DNA of 64,000 nt from Candidatus Omnitrophota bacterium (GTDB lineage Bacteria > Omnitrophota > Gorgyraeia > Zapsychrales > JANLHA01). A program made the translations under genes and the position numbers. This document shows positions 1 through 9,059 of the stretch, one piece after another. Where the stretch lies: NCBI GenBank assembly GCA_022711395.1, contig JAKLFA010000004.1, positions 6,361 to 70,360 of the forward strand. The letters run 5' to 3'. Within the stretch, counting starts at the first letter, position 1, and every line of letters starts with the position of its first letter. The notes below the pieces were generated by a model. That model was not told the DNA's origin. It saw nothing but the letters and a program-made list of their open reading frames with translations, and ran no database searches.

Positions 1-277
1 GGCTTTCGTCCAAAACGATCTCCTGGCCTTTCTCATAACTGGACTCGGATTGGACCGGCTGAGGCGATGCTTCGACCACATGCTCCAGCTCCAGGTCCGT
101 CTCCATAAGCATGACCTCCGGTCCGGAACGGTCCCGGCCCTCCGCCTCAACGACCGCTTCAGCCCCAACCTCCGCCGTCTGGGCAAAAAGCGGACGGACA
201 GCGCCCGCTGAAAACGCGGCGGCAAGGCCGACCGCCATCACCGCATAAAAAGTTTTGTCCAATTCAGAACGCTCCAT
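1..277 (-). CDS. Secreted acidic hypothetical protein, N-terminal part only (gene runs off the window start)
   Basis: ATG at 277..275, 5 bp downstream of the secretin stop. Translation is MERSELDKTFYAVMAVGLAAAFSAGAV..., a signal-peptide-like N-terminus followed by an Ala/Glu-rich region. No stop codon before the window edge. Confidence 0.35.
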   Translation of the reverse strand, partial: MERSELDKTFYAVMAVGLAAAFSAGAVRPLFAQTAEVGAEAVVEAEGRDRSGPEVMLMETDLELEHVVEASPQPVQSESSYEKGQEIVLDES

Positions 278-278
278 G

Positions 279-2057
279 TTATTCCTTCAGCTTCAATGTG
301 GCCGCCTGGGCCTTTTCCTGGCCAGGCTCAACGTATCCCATATGTTTTTTCATCTGCCCGCGGTATTCGTTATACTGGTCCTCATCGCCCTTAATGATGT
401 GGGGCGTGATGAAGATCACGATCTCCGTCGATTCGACCGACTCACTGCGGGATTGGAACAGCTTTCCTAAAAGCGGCATATCCATCAGCACCGGGATACC
501 CCGGTTGACCAGGACCTTGTTGTCCTTCTTAAGGCCGCCCAGGACCACGGTCATCCCGTCCTTGACCATGACGGTGGTCTCCACCAGCGTCTTGTTCACT
601 TTCGGGATCCCGCCGCCTTCGGAGGCGATGCTGCCGGTGACCGTGGAGATCTCCGGCTTCATGATGATCGTGATGAACCCGTCATCGTTGATCCGGGGGA
701 TCACACCCAATTTGAGGCCGACGTCCACAAAACGGACCTCCTCGGAGGTGATGGCGTTCTCACCGGTCCCCGAGGTGGTCGAAATGATATACGGGACCGT
801 GTCGCCGACGTGGATCTTGGCCTCCTCGTTATTGGTGACCAGCAGCTTCGGATTGGACAGGATCTTGGTGTCGCTGACCTGTTTTAAGGCGCGGATCCGC
901 GCCTCGAACCCGTCCGAATCCATATAACCGATCCCGACGCGGCCGTATTTAGAATACAGCGCGTCGGCAGACGTCAAGGCGTTTTCATCCAGCAAAAACG
1001 AAGAAAATTTCACATCCCGGCTCGAGAACTGGACGTCCCAGTCGATGCCGTAATCCATCTGCGGTTTAAAGACCACCTGCAGGACCCGAACGTCCACCAG
1101 GACCTCTTTGGTGGGCACATCCAGACTCTTGATCAACGTTTCCAACTCAGCCTTACGGCCCGGATAAGCGCGCACGATAATCGCGTTGGTCCTTTCATCG
1201 GCCGCCACGGAACCGACCGTGTTGGCGTCGATCTTGGCCTTGAGCTGTTCAACGATATCCACGGCCTTGGCATACTGCATGGAATAGACGAACGTTTCCA
1301 GCGGGTTTTCAATGCGATCAATGATCTTTTTCATTTTGCCGATCGATTCCGGGGTGTCGATCAAAACCACGGAACCCGTGTCCTCATCAATGATCACCCG
1401 GCCAAGAGAGCTTTTGACCCCCTCAAGGGCCGAAAGGACATAGGTGGGTTTAGCGTATTTCAGCGAGATGATCTCGACAATATCCTTCTCATTGAATTTG
1501 CGGCCATACATAAATTCATATTCCTGGCCGGAAACGACGTGGATGATGTCCCGCTCAACGTGGTAGGCCAACCCATTTGAAATAAGGGCGATATCCAACG
1601 CGTCCTTGATCTTGACATTTTTCAGATACAGCGTGACCCGACCCTGGACCTGGCTGGATGTGACCAGGTTAAAATCCCCTTTGAGGGCCAGAAATTTCAG
1701 GACATCGACCACGTTCATCTCACGAACGTCCAACGTGATCATCCGTTCCAGACGCGCCATGAGTTCCTCTTCGGTCTGGCTGATCACGATCTTTTTAGGT
1801 TTAAAATTCTCTCCCACCGGCACCTTTTTGGAATCCGCCAAAGGATCCGCAACGGCCCCTTCCGCGGAGGCGGGCTTTTCCTGCCCCTGAAGGGGCTGGC
1901 CCTGTATCGCAGGGGCCGGCTGCTGCTGAACCCCTTGTCCCGCCGCGGGCTGCGCCAGGCCTTCATGCTGAGGGATCGTCAACAAGATCCCGGCCATCAC
2001 AGCGCCCAACATGACTGCCCGCATCAATCGCTCGATTTTATTCATTCGATCGGTCAT
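279..2057 (-). CDS. Secretin, GspD/PilQ family (outer-membrane channel of type II secretion or type IV pili)
   Basis: 592 aa. Secretin N-domains (NVKIKDALDIALISNGLAY) and the C-terminal secretin motif (VLVNRGIPVLMDMPLLGKLFQSRSE). Signal peptide present. Confidence 0.85.
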   Translation of the reverse strand: MTDRMNKIERLMRAVMLGAVMAGILLTIPQHEGLAQPAAGQGVQQQPAPAIQGQPLQGQEKPASAEGAVADPLADSKKVPVGENFKPKKIVISQTEEELMARLERMITLDVREMNVVDVLKFLALKGDFNLVTSSQVQGRVTLYLKNVKIKDALDIALISNGLAYHVERDIIHVVSGQEYEFMYGRKFNEKDIVEIISLKYAKPTYVLSALEGVKSSLGRVIIDEDTGSVVLIDTPESIGKMKKIIDRIENPLETFVYSMQYAKAVDIVEQLKAKIDANTVGSVAADERTNAIIVRAYPGRKAELETLIKSLDVPTKEVLVDVRVLQVVFKPQMDYGIDWDVQFSSRDVKFSSFLLDENALTSADALYSKYGRVGIGYMDSDGFEARIRALKQVSDTKILSNPKLLVTNNEEAKIHVGDTVPYIISTTSGTGENAITSEEVRFVDVGLKLGVIPRINDDGFITIIMKPEISTVTGSIASEGGGIPKVNKTLVETTVMVKDGMTVVLGGLKKDNKVLVNRGIPVLMDMPLLGKLFQSRSESVESTEIVIFITPHIIKGDEDQYNEYRGQMKKHMGYVEPGQEKAQAATLKLKE

Positions 2058-2779
2058 AGTTTGATTTCCAGTTGTTCGCCCTGAAACTCAACAACGATAC
2101 TATCGGCATAGATCGAGGTCACCAGGACCTCGTTGATCTTATCGCCGGGCCTCAAAAAGTATGTTACCCCGCTTCCCGTATTCTCGACCATCGCCGAGGC
2201 GGAATCCGCCGTGTCCAGCCAGGAGATCCCCACCAATTTCAGGTCCTTGGTCCGGTCGATCACCTTCTGGATGCCTAAGATCTCTGCAGGCACGGCCTCT
2301 TCCTTGACGATCTTTTTTTCTTCAAAGGGTTGAAAAATATTGCGCGCTGAAACCGCCGCGACATATTCCGCGATCTCGGTGAAGACCGGCACAATGCTCT
2401 GGGATGAGAACGGCGCGGGCTTGAGGTCCGCGAATTCCAACGGTTTCTGTGACGCCTTGATATTCTGGGTCAAGCTCAGGGCAAACCCGAGCGCGATGAA
2501 AATGATCACCATTGCCATCGCGACATTAGCCTCTTTAAGGCCTAATGACTTGAAATTGATCTTTCCGGATGAAAAATTCTGGAAAATACTCTGCAAGGAC
2601 TGGAACACCTGGGGGGCCGCCAAAGCGCTGCCGCCGCCGACCCCGCGGACCGAATCAAAGATCCGTTGGGCCTCAGCGGTAGAGGGCACAGGGGCAGACT
2701 TCGAAGCGTCAGACGAATGTTCTGCATTCGTCGCCTCAATAAGCTTCAACAACTTTTGTTCGGCGGTCTCTTTGGCCAT
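2054..2779 (-). CDS. Secretin-associated bitopic membrane protein, GspB/ExeB-like (possibly PilP-like)
   Basis: 241 aa. Acidic cytoplasmic N-terminus, one central TM helix (ANVAMAMVIIFIALGFALSL) and a periplasmic C-terminal domain. Its stop overlaps the secretin start by 4 bp (ATGA), and it lies downstream of the ExeA-like ATPase. Confidence 0.45.
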   Translation of the reverse strand: MAKETAEQKLLKLIEATNAEHSSDASKSAPVPSTAEAQRIFDSVRGVGGGSALAAPQVFQSLQSIFQNFSSGKINFKSLGLKEANVAMAMVIIFIALGFALSLTQNIKASQKPLEFADLKPAPFSSQSIVPVFTEIAEYVAAVSARNIFQPFEEKKIVKEEAVPAEILGIQKVIDRTKDLKLVGISWLDTADSASAMVENTGSGVTYFLRPGDKINEVLVTSIYADSIVVEFQGEQLEIKL

Positions 2780-2824
2780 GTGACACGTCTCTTAACCGCG
2801 GACTACACGTCTTTTTACAGGATG

Positions 2825-3757
2825 CTAATACCGTGGATCGCCCAACCGCGATCCCGGCACCCCACCCTGCGGTTGATTGCCCCAAGAAGCCTCCGATTGC
2901 AGCGCACCCATCCCTCGGATGTGGAACTGCATCTCCTTCTCGATGACTTCCTGGACAAGAACTCTATCGACAGACTGTTTATTCTGCAAGATCAGCGCTT
3001 TCAAAAGCTGATGACAGAGCTTTGTGATCTGCCGCGGATACCCGCGGGTAAAACTGTAAATCTCGCTGATCGCCTCCCCCAGGAACAATTCCATCCGGCT
3101 GTTATAACCGGCGGTCCTGATCCGGAATTCAATCAGTTCTTTCGTTTCACTCACATCCAATGGATTGAGCGTATATTTAAAACTGATCCGGTCCATGAAA
3201 TTGGGCATGTTCACGATCTTCGGATACAGTTCAACCTGGCCGAGCAGGACCAGTTGCAAAAGCTTGAACTCATTAGTCTCAAAATTGAGCAGGATGCGCA
3301 GCGTTTCCAGCGTGTTCATATCAAGCTTCTGGGCCTCATCAATGATCAGGATCACGGTCTGCTTTTCGACAACGGCCTTCTGGATCAGGAACTTTTCAAA
3401 GGCATCACGCAGCTCCAGGATATCCGCTGAAGACAAATCCGTTTTCAGAGACGCCTCAACATTGAAATTCTGCACCAGAGCGCGCAGGAATTGTTCTTCA
3501 CCGCTGAACGCGGGATTTAAAATGATATGAAAAAGCATGCCGCCGCGTTTGGATAATTCCTGGACAAGCATGCGTGAAAGGGATGTCTTTCCGGTGCCGA
3601 TGTCACCGAAGATCACCGAAAGACCGCGCTTCAAATGAAGCTCGATCAAAATATTGGTCAAGGCCATGTCATGCTCTTTGGTGAGATAAAAGAACCCGGG
3701 GTCTGGGCTGGTCGAAAAGGGTTCTCTACTAAATCCTAGGATTGAGTAATAGGCCAT
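2825..3757 (-). CDS. ExeA/GspA/MshM-family AAA+ ATPase (secretin assembly factor)
   Basis: 310 aa. Walker A (GDIGTGKTS) and Walker B (ILIIDEAQ). Overall ExeA-like architecture. Confidence 0.8.
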   Translation of the reverse strand: MAYYSILGFSREPFSTSPDPGFFYLTKEHDMALTNILIELHLKRGLSVIFGDIGTGKTSLSRMLVQELSKRGGMLFHIILNPAFSGEEQFLRALVQNFNVEASLKTDLSSADILELRDAFEKFLIQKAVVEKQTVILIIDEAQKLDMNTLETLRILLNFETNEFKLLQLVLLGQVELYPKIVNMPNFMDRISFKYTLNPLDVSETKELIEFRIRTAGYNSRMELFLGEAISEIYSFTRGYPRQITKLCHQLLKALILQNKQSVDRVLVQEVIEKEMQFHIRGMGALQSEASWGNQPQGGVPGSRLGDPRY

Positions 3758-4041
3758 GTGATAGTATCGTTTTTATAATAACTATTTATTATATATATTA
3801 ATACGCAAGAGAAAACAATCCTCCCGCGAAAGTATTTTTTCCCGTACTTAAATAATAACATAAGTGGTATTGTTTTCAATGGGTAAAGGGATTTTTTTAG
3901 CCCATTCAAGAAGGCTTTTTTAAAGATTTGTCGAGGAGGAAATAAAAAGGTGTTTTTCGCGGGAAAATTTTTTCCCGAAATGCGGAAAATAATTCCTGAC
4001 AAAGGAAAATGATGCAAGTTAAAACTGCCGAACCCGGCCTT
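3758..4041. promoter_or_regulatory. AT-rich promoter region of the exeA-secretin operon with paired CCCGCGAAA / TTTCGCGGG half-sites, each followed by TTTTTTCCCG
   Basis: GC content drops sharply here. The sequence cctCCCGCGAAAgtaTTTTTTCCCG sits at 3821..3845 and tTTTCGCGGGaaaaTTTTTTCCCG at 3954..3977. The half-sites are inverted relative to each other and the T6CCCG motifs are direct repeats about 130 bp apart. Confidence 0.3.
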
Positions 4042-5019
4042 TTACCTGCGGACCATGCCACACAAAAAACCGCTCCCGCGGGCAAAGCTGCGCGCGGCAA
4101 GGACCATCGCGAAAGCGAGCTTTTTGGTCCAGCCTAAAGAGACGGTCAGAAAGGCGAAAACAATTTCAAGTACGAGAAGCGCTGTCAGCAAAAACGCGGC
4201 CCCAATGCCAGCCATCCCAAATTCAAAAAGGCTAACGACACCGAGGGCAAAGAACGCGTAAACGATCGCGACCTCTAAAGCATCTTTCCAGAAAGTGTAA
4301 TCATCCCCCCTGGTCTTGTCAAAATGCTTTCGATACATTTTGGCCCTCCAAAAACCGTGCCGGAACTGCTCCCTCAAATATTTTCTCACAGACACCGGAT
4401 GGAAATGATCGACCTTGGAATCGTTAACAAACCGTATCCTGAAGCCTTTCTTGCCCAGGCGATAACTCAAATCGTTATCTTCGCCGCTAGGCGAACGGTA
4501 TGTTGTATCGAACCCGTTTAATTCCAAGAAGATCTGTTTCTGAATACAAACATTATAGCTTCCAAACACTTGCGGATATTCCGGCAAAAGCCTCCGGTGG
4601 CGGTACTGGATCTCATCATGCACGCAGACCGCAAGCCAGGACTCCGGATTGGCGATGCCGTAGGTTCCCATCACAGCCGCCACACCCTCAGGCCCGAATC
4701 CGGACAAGGAACGGGCAATCCAGTCAGGATGCGGCAGACAATCCGAATCCGTAAAACACAAATACTCGCCGCGCGCGGAAAGAGCCCCCCGGTTACGGGC
4801 CGAAGCCGGACCGGCATTCGCCTGTTCGATCAGCCGCACGGCCTGAAATTCCCGGACGATCTCGCCCGTTCTGTCTGTTGAGCCGTCATCGACCACGATC
4901 ACTTCATAGGCCGGGCATCCCTGCTGTGAAAGCGCGCACTCCAGCACGCGGCGGATCGTCGCCTCTCCGTTATAGACCGGGATGATCACGCTCACGACGG
5001 GCGAAAGGATTTCGTTCAT
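4042..5019 (-). CDS. Family 2 glycosyltransferase with C-terminal TM helices (GtrB/ArnC-like polyprenyl-phosphate sugar synthase type)
   Basis: 325 aa. Begins VSVIIPVYNGE..., has the DDGSTD and DxD GT-A motifs, and a hydrophobic C-terminus. Confidence 0.8.
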   Translation of the reverse strand: MNEILSPVVSVIIPVYNGEATIRRVLECALSQQGCPAYEVIVVDDGSTDRTGEIVREFQAVRLIEQANAGPASARNRGALSARGEYLCFTDSDCLPHPDWIARSLSGFGPEGVAAVMGTYGIANPESWLAVCVHDEIQYRHRRLLPEYPQVFGSYNVCIQKQIFLELNGFDTTYRSPSGEDNDLSYRLGKKGFRIRFVNDSKVDHFHPVSVRKYLREQFRHGFWRAKMYRKHFDKTRGDDYTFWKDALEVAIVYAFFALGVVSLFEFGMAGIGAAFLLTALLVLEIVFAFLTVSLGWTKKLAFAMVLAARSFARGSGFLCGMVRR

Positions 5020-5067
5020 AGTTGTTCCACTTTCTCGTTTCTTGAAAATCTATGCGGTTTGAATCCC

Positions 5068-5724
5068 CTACAGCCGCTTGCGCGCCACGGCATACAAAAG
5101 CATTCCAAACTTTGAAGCGATGATTTCCGGAGAAAAACGAAACGGCAGGGTGTTGAGCCCCCCGGAGGAAAAGACCGTCAATCCATTGCGCTCATGCAGG
5201 TTGACCAGCTCCGAAAGGACAAAAGGCCTTTCCTCGATCCCGGGCATCATGAAAGGACGGATGATCTGCCAGGGCGACCAGCGGTTGGGAACCACCGTGA
5301 CGATCACCCCATCCTCTTTGAGGACCGAAATAAAATTCTTTAAAATCCGATCTTTATCGCCTTCCGGAAAATGCTCGAACAATCCATCGGAAAAGATCAG
5401 GTCAAAACGCTCCGCACAGCATTCGGAAAGGTCCTGGCTGAGGAAATCGACCTGAAGAAGCTGACAACGTCCGTCCGTATTCTGGCCTGCCAAATCAAGG
5501 GCCTGCTTGGAATAATCAGCGGCGACCGTCTTCATCCCGTAATCACAAAATACAGCCGAAAAAAAACCGCTCCCGCAGCCTGCGTCAAGAGCCGTTTCTC
5601 CGCCGTTAACATAGGGTCTCAGGACCTCGATGATGCGCTGCTTCGAATGCGAAATGCGGCCGAACTTTTTTGACTGTTCACGGCCCCAAAACTCATTCCA
5701 ATGTGTCTGCCCGGGAAGGCCCAT
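5068..5724 (-). CDS. Class I SAM-dependent methyltransferase
   Basis: 218 aa. Motif I is LDAGCGSGFFSAVF and an acidic motif II is present. Confidence 0.75.
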   Translation of the reverse strand: MGLPGQTHWNEFWGREQSKKFGRISHSKQRIIEVLRPYVNGGETALDAGCGSGFFSAVFCDYGMKTVAADYSKQALDLAGQNTDGRCQLLQVDFLSQDLSECCAERFDLIFSDGLFEHFPEGDKDRILKNFISVLKEDGVIVTVVPNRWSPWQIIRPFMMPGIEERPFVLSELVNLHERNGLTVFSSGGLNTLPFRFSPEIIASKFGMLLYAVARKRL

Positions 5725-5737
5725 GTCCGTTCTTTCT

Positions 5738-6091
5738 TTATTTTGGATTGTGAGACTTCAATGATTCGATCTCTTCCTGAAGCAATGCGATCCTTTGGGC
5801 CATGATGTCATTGCGCCGCTGCTGCTGATACATGAAAACCGTCAACAGTAAACCCAGAAATATGGCGGCGAAGACGCAAACAAAAAAAATGAAATTGCTC
5901 ATCAGCACGAACCCTAACATTCGCGAAAACGCCCGCAACACATCCTGAAAAACAGCCAACGCCAAGCCCAGAAAACAGCCGCAGAACCAGCCAAACGCGT
6001 ATTTAAAAGAAAGTTTTTCCCGGCGGATAAGGTCCAGGATCAAAATGATAAGGACACAAAAGAGAACAATCGTGATCTGCCCCGCCTGCAT
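5738..6091 (-). CDS. Small multi-TM membrane protein (DUF2304-like, typically paired with GT2 enzymes)
   Basis: 117 aa with 3 predicted TM helices. It sits immediately downstream of a DPM-like GT2 gene. Confidence 0.5.
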   Translation of the reverse strand: MQAGQITIVLFCVLIILILDLIRREKLSFKYAFGWFCGCFLGLALAVFQDVLRAFSRMLGFVLMSNFIFFVCVFAAIFLGLLLTVFMYQQQRRNDIMAQRIALLQEEIESLKSHNPK

Positions 6092-6122
6092 ATTCTTTTC
6101 CTCCCATCGTTTATCAAGACCG

Positions 6123-6827
6123 CTATCCCCGCGGACGGCCAGCCGGCTTCATCATGTCCAAAAGGATCGCCAGCGTCACCTTGACCATGTAATACAGCGT
6201 CCGCAGATAACGGATCGACGAGACCCCGCTCATCCTTGAACGCATCTTGACCGGCACCTCGCAGACCGAAAGGCCGGCGCGTTTCGCAAGCACCGTGGCC
6301 TCCGGTTCAGGAAAATCCGTCGGATAAACGGCAGAAAACAATTCGACCGCTTTTTCGCCGAACGCCTGAAAACCCGAAGTGGGGTCGCTGACCCTTGCAC
6401 CGGCCAGGGAGCTGATCAGCCAGGAAAAAAAATGGATCCCGATCCTGCGCACAAATGACGAGCGGTACTGCGAGTCCGGATGCAAAAAACGGCTCCCTAT
6501 CACAAGGTCATGCCCCTGCCCGATCCCGCTGAGCAGGTCCCTAATAAAGGCTGGATCATGCTGGCCATCGGAATCAATGCGCACGACAGCATCATACCCG
6601 CACCGTTTCGCGAAGCTCAATCCCGTCTGAACAGCCGCCCCGATCCCCAGATTGAACGGGAGCTTAAGGACCTTAACGCCGGCTTCAGCGGCCTTGAATG
6701 CCGTCTGATCAGAAGACCCGTCATCGATCACGACGATATCTTCAAAGCCATGCAGCCGCAGCTCCTCAAGCGTGCGGACAATATTATTTTCCTCGTTCAA
6801 AGCCGGAATAATGATCAATGTTCTCAT
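6123..6827 (-). CDS. Family 2 glycosyltransferase (dolichyl-/polyprenyl-phosphate mannose synthase-like)
   Basis: 234 aa. LIIIPALNEENNI..., VVIDDGSSDQT and RIDSDGQHD motifs. Confidence 0.8.
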   Translation of the reverse strand: MRTLIIIPALNEENNIVRTLEELRLHGFEDIVVIDDGSSDQTAFKAAEAGVKVLKLPFNLGIGAAVQTGLSFAKRCGYDAVVRIDSDGQHDPAFIRDLLSGIGQGHDLVIGSRFLHPDSQYRSSFVRRIGIHFFSWLISSLAGARVSDPTSGFQAFGEKAVELFSAVYPTDFPEPEATVLAKRAGLSVCEVPVKMRSRMSGVSSIRYLRTLYYMVKVTLAILLDMMKPAGRPRG

Positions 6828-6851
6828 AAGCTTGATATTGTTAGGATAATA

Positions 6852-7214
6852 TTACGAACCGAACGCCCTCTGAATACGGTCCCGCAGACTGCAGTCCATC
6901 ACCTTTTCATCCATCTGAACGATCACTCCCCCAAGGATCTTGGGGTCCTGAGAAAAGCTGATCTTGAGCTCTGAAGAAAAGTTCTTGCTTAAAGCCTTGC
7001 GGATCCTCTCATGGTAGTCCGCCGAAAGCGGCCGATGCGATGTCACACGGATCGAACGCACCGCCGGCTGGTCTTCATCTTCATCCGGCCTCCACAGTTC
7101 AATATACCGGACCGCCATATCGGCCAGCATATTGTTCAGGGCGAACGCCAAGGCCACCAGGACCACCAGCCCCACGGCCAGCTGCCCGAGAAGCACCCAC
7201 ATCACAAGAGACAT
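6852..7214 (-). CDS. Small membrane protein whose C-terminal half resembles the F-ATPase delta/OSCP C-terminal domain
   Basis: 120 aa. N-terminal TM helix. The C-terminus (LKISFSQDPKILGGVIVQMDEKVMDCSLRDRIQRAF) aligns in pattern with the delta-subunit C-terminus (...[29 protein letters not shown]). No other ATP synthase genes are nearby. Confidence 0.45.
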   Translation of the reverse strand: MSLVMWVLLGQLAVGLVVLVALAFALNNMLADMAVRYIELWRPDEDEDQPAVRSIRVTSHRPLSADYHERIRKALSKNFSSELKISFSQDPKILGGVIVQMDEKVMDCSLRDRIQRAFGS

Positions 7215-7238
7215 CCCGTTTCTCCATCGTAAAAATCC

Positions 7239-8528
7239 CTACAAATGATCCCCACGTTCTTTCTGGCGCTTCTGCAGAAGATAAAGCGCCGCGTAATACA
7301 CCGCTTTGTCCGAATCGCCATTATACGGAAGGTCAGGCCTAAGACCATCAAAACTGAACACCGTCCCATCCGGATGATGGCCGCGGGCCGTCACCAGCAA
7401 AAGCATGGACTCATCATCCATGAAGAACATGCTCTTTAAAAAGACCTGCCCGGCGGAGTTCACTCCCATCAACTGCGCCCGCCGGTTGCCCTGAAGGATG
7501 CCCGAAAAGAGTTCTGAGGCGCTGCCGCTCTTTTCATCGATCAGGATGATGATGTCCCCGTCATAATGAAAAAACGCGGGGATCTCGGGCACCATGAGCC
7601 CGGCCTTCGGCTGGCCCCTCTTTTGAAAATACGCGAACTCCTCGTTCGGCCTTAAAAAGAACGATGAGATCGCCTGAGCGGCAAGCGGCGGCCCGCCGGG
7701 ATTACCCCTGAGGTCGATGATCAGGCCGTAGGCATTCCGTTGAATGACCTGCGCCATATATTTTGTCATGTCATCCGGGGTCATCTGATTGAAACGTTCT
7801 ATGCGGATGCAGAACACCCCCGGGACATCCACCGGAACCCAGAAAACGAACTGCTTGAAATATTCCTTGCTCACCGGCTTGATCGCATACGTTTTTCCGT
7901 CGGACGGGCGCGTATACTTGATCTCCACCCCTTCCCCTTCCATAGGCGTCAACAGCGCTTCGATCTCTTCCAGCTTAAGCCGGCGGACGTCTTTTGACGC
8001 GATGCGTTTGACAAGGTCATTCTCCCGCAAGCCCTTCTCATAGGCGTCTGAGCGAGGCTCCACCCATTCGATCAGATAGCCCTGCCCATTCAAACGGCCT
8101 TTTATGCCCAGGTCGATCCGTTTGCCCAGGACCTCCTGTTCATATTCAACCGCGACCTGAGGCGGCATGAAGGAGGAAAAAATATCATCCTTGGTCTTCA
8201 GAAAATCAACAAGGTAAGCGGCGCTGCGCCACTTCACATAATCGCTGCTTTTGTTCTCCCCTTTCAACTGGCTGAAGATCTTCTCCTTGAACATGGCCAA
8301 AAAACGCGCGTAGTCCTCTTCCCGCACCTCATGATAATATTCTTTGGCCATTGTGTCGAAAACCTGACGGAAAAACTTCACATATGATTGATACTCATCG
8401 GAAAGGCCATCATCGGAAGGATCAGAGATCCCTGAAAGAACGGCCGCCTCATCGGCGGATACGGGAGAAGAAAAAAGGGCGTAAAACGAGAAACATGTTA
8501 CGGCAAGGGTATATGATAAAAGCCTCAT
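7239..8528 (-). CDS. S41 family C-terminal processing peptidase (secreted)
   Basis: 429 aa with a signal peptide. S41 motif LIIDLRGNPGGP and a PDZ-like region. Confidence 0.85.
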   Translation of the reverse strand: MRLLSYTLAVTCFSFYALFSSPVSADEAAVLSGISDPSDDGLSDEYQSYVKFFRQVFDTMAKEYYHEVREEDYARFLAMFKEKIFSQLKGENKSSDYVKWRSAAYLVDFLKTKDDIFSSFMPPQVAVEYEQEVLGKRIDLGIKGRLNGQGYLIEWVEPRSDAYEKGLRENDLVKRIASKDVRRLKLEEIEALLTPMEGEGVEIKYTRPSDGKTYAIKPVSKEYFKQFVFWVPVDVPGVFCIRIERFNQMTPDDMTKYMAQVIQRNAYGLIIDLRGNPGGPPLAAQAISSFFLRPNEEFAYFQKRGQPKAGLMVPEIPAFFHYDGDIIILIDEKSGSASELFSGILQGNRRAQLMGVNSAGQVFLKSMFFMDDESMLLLVTARGHHPDGTVFSFDGLRPDLPYNGDSDKAVYYAALYLLQKRQKERGDHL

Positions 8529-8574
8529 AGGACTCCACTAGCGAAAATACAACATTTCCCGTCAGAAGACAGAA

Positions 8575-8967
8575 TCAGTTCTGCGCATCCTGGCGGATCT
8601 TATCAAGCTCAGCGGCGGTGATATATCGGTCTTTATTTTTATCGTATTCTTTAAGAATGTCGGAATAGACCACCACGCTCCCCCGGTCCTCAACAGTCTC
8701 TATGACATCTCGAAGCATGACCTTGACCTCGGCCGATTGAAGCAATCCGTCGCGGTTGATGTCATAACGCCGTTCACTATTGTTGGTGACCTTCGGGGTT
8801 TCTTTGGCCCATTGGGGGACCGTCATATCATCTGATTTAGGAGAGTCCGTGCTGCCGTTAATGAATTGATTACGGCGTCCGTAGTTGATAAGTTGTGCAG
8901 AGGCGGCCTGGACCATAATGACCGTTAAGATCATGATCCACAGCCCGATCCTTATCATCTTTTTCAT
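8575..8967 (-). CDS. Secreted EF-hand calcium-binding protein
   Basis: 130 aa with a signal peptide. Two EF-hand loops: DINRDGLLQSAE and DKNKDRYITAAE. Confidence 0.6.
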   Translation of the reverse strand: MKKMIRIGLWIMILTVIMVQAASAQLINYGRRNQFINGSTDSPKSDDMTVPQWAKETPKVTNNSERRYDINRDGLLQSAEVKVMLRDVIETVEDRGSVVVYSDILKEYDKNKDRYITAAELDKIRQDAQN

Positions 8968-9059
8968 GACTATCTCCTTTGAAAATAAGGATTTACATGC
9001 GGTTATCTTGAAATCTAAAAGTATTATACAAGCGGGGACCGTTCTGTCAATCGCGAATA

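Noticed and set aside
255-927. Plus-strand ORFs 255..470 and 298..927 overlapping the secretin 3' end
   Set aside because: They are antisense to the conserved secretin C-domain and have no recognisable motifs. Spurious.
3736-4100. Minus-strand ORFs of 93 aa and 64 aa in the AT-rich region upstream of exeA
   Set aside because: They sit in the low-GC promoter region, have Phe/Lys/Ile-rich low-complexity translations, overlap each other and the exeA start, and lack ribosome-binding sites. Treated as non-coding.
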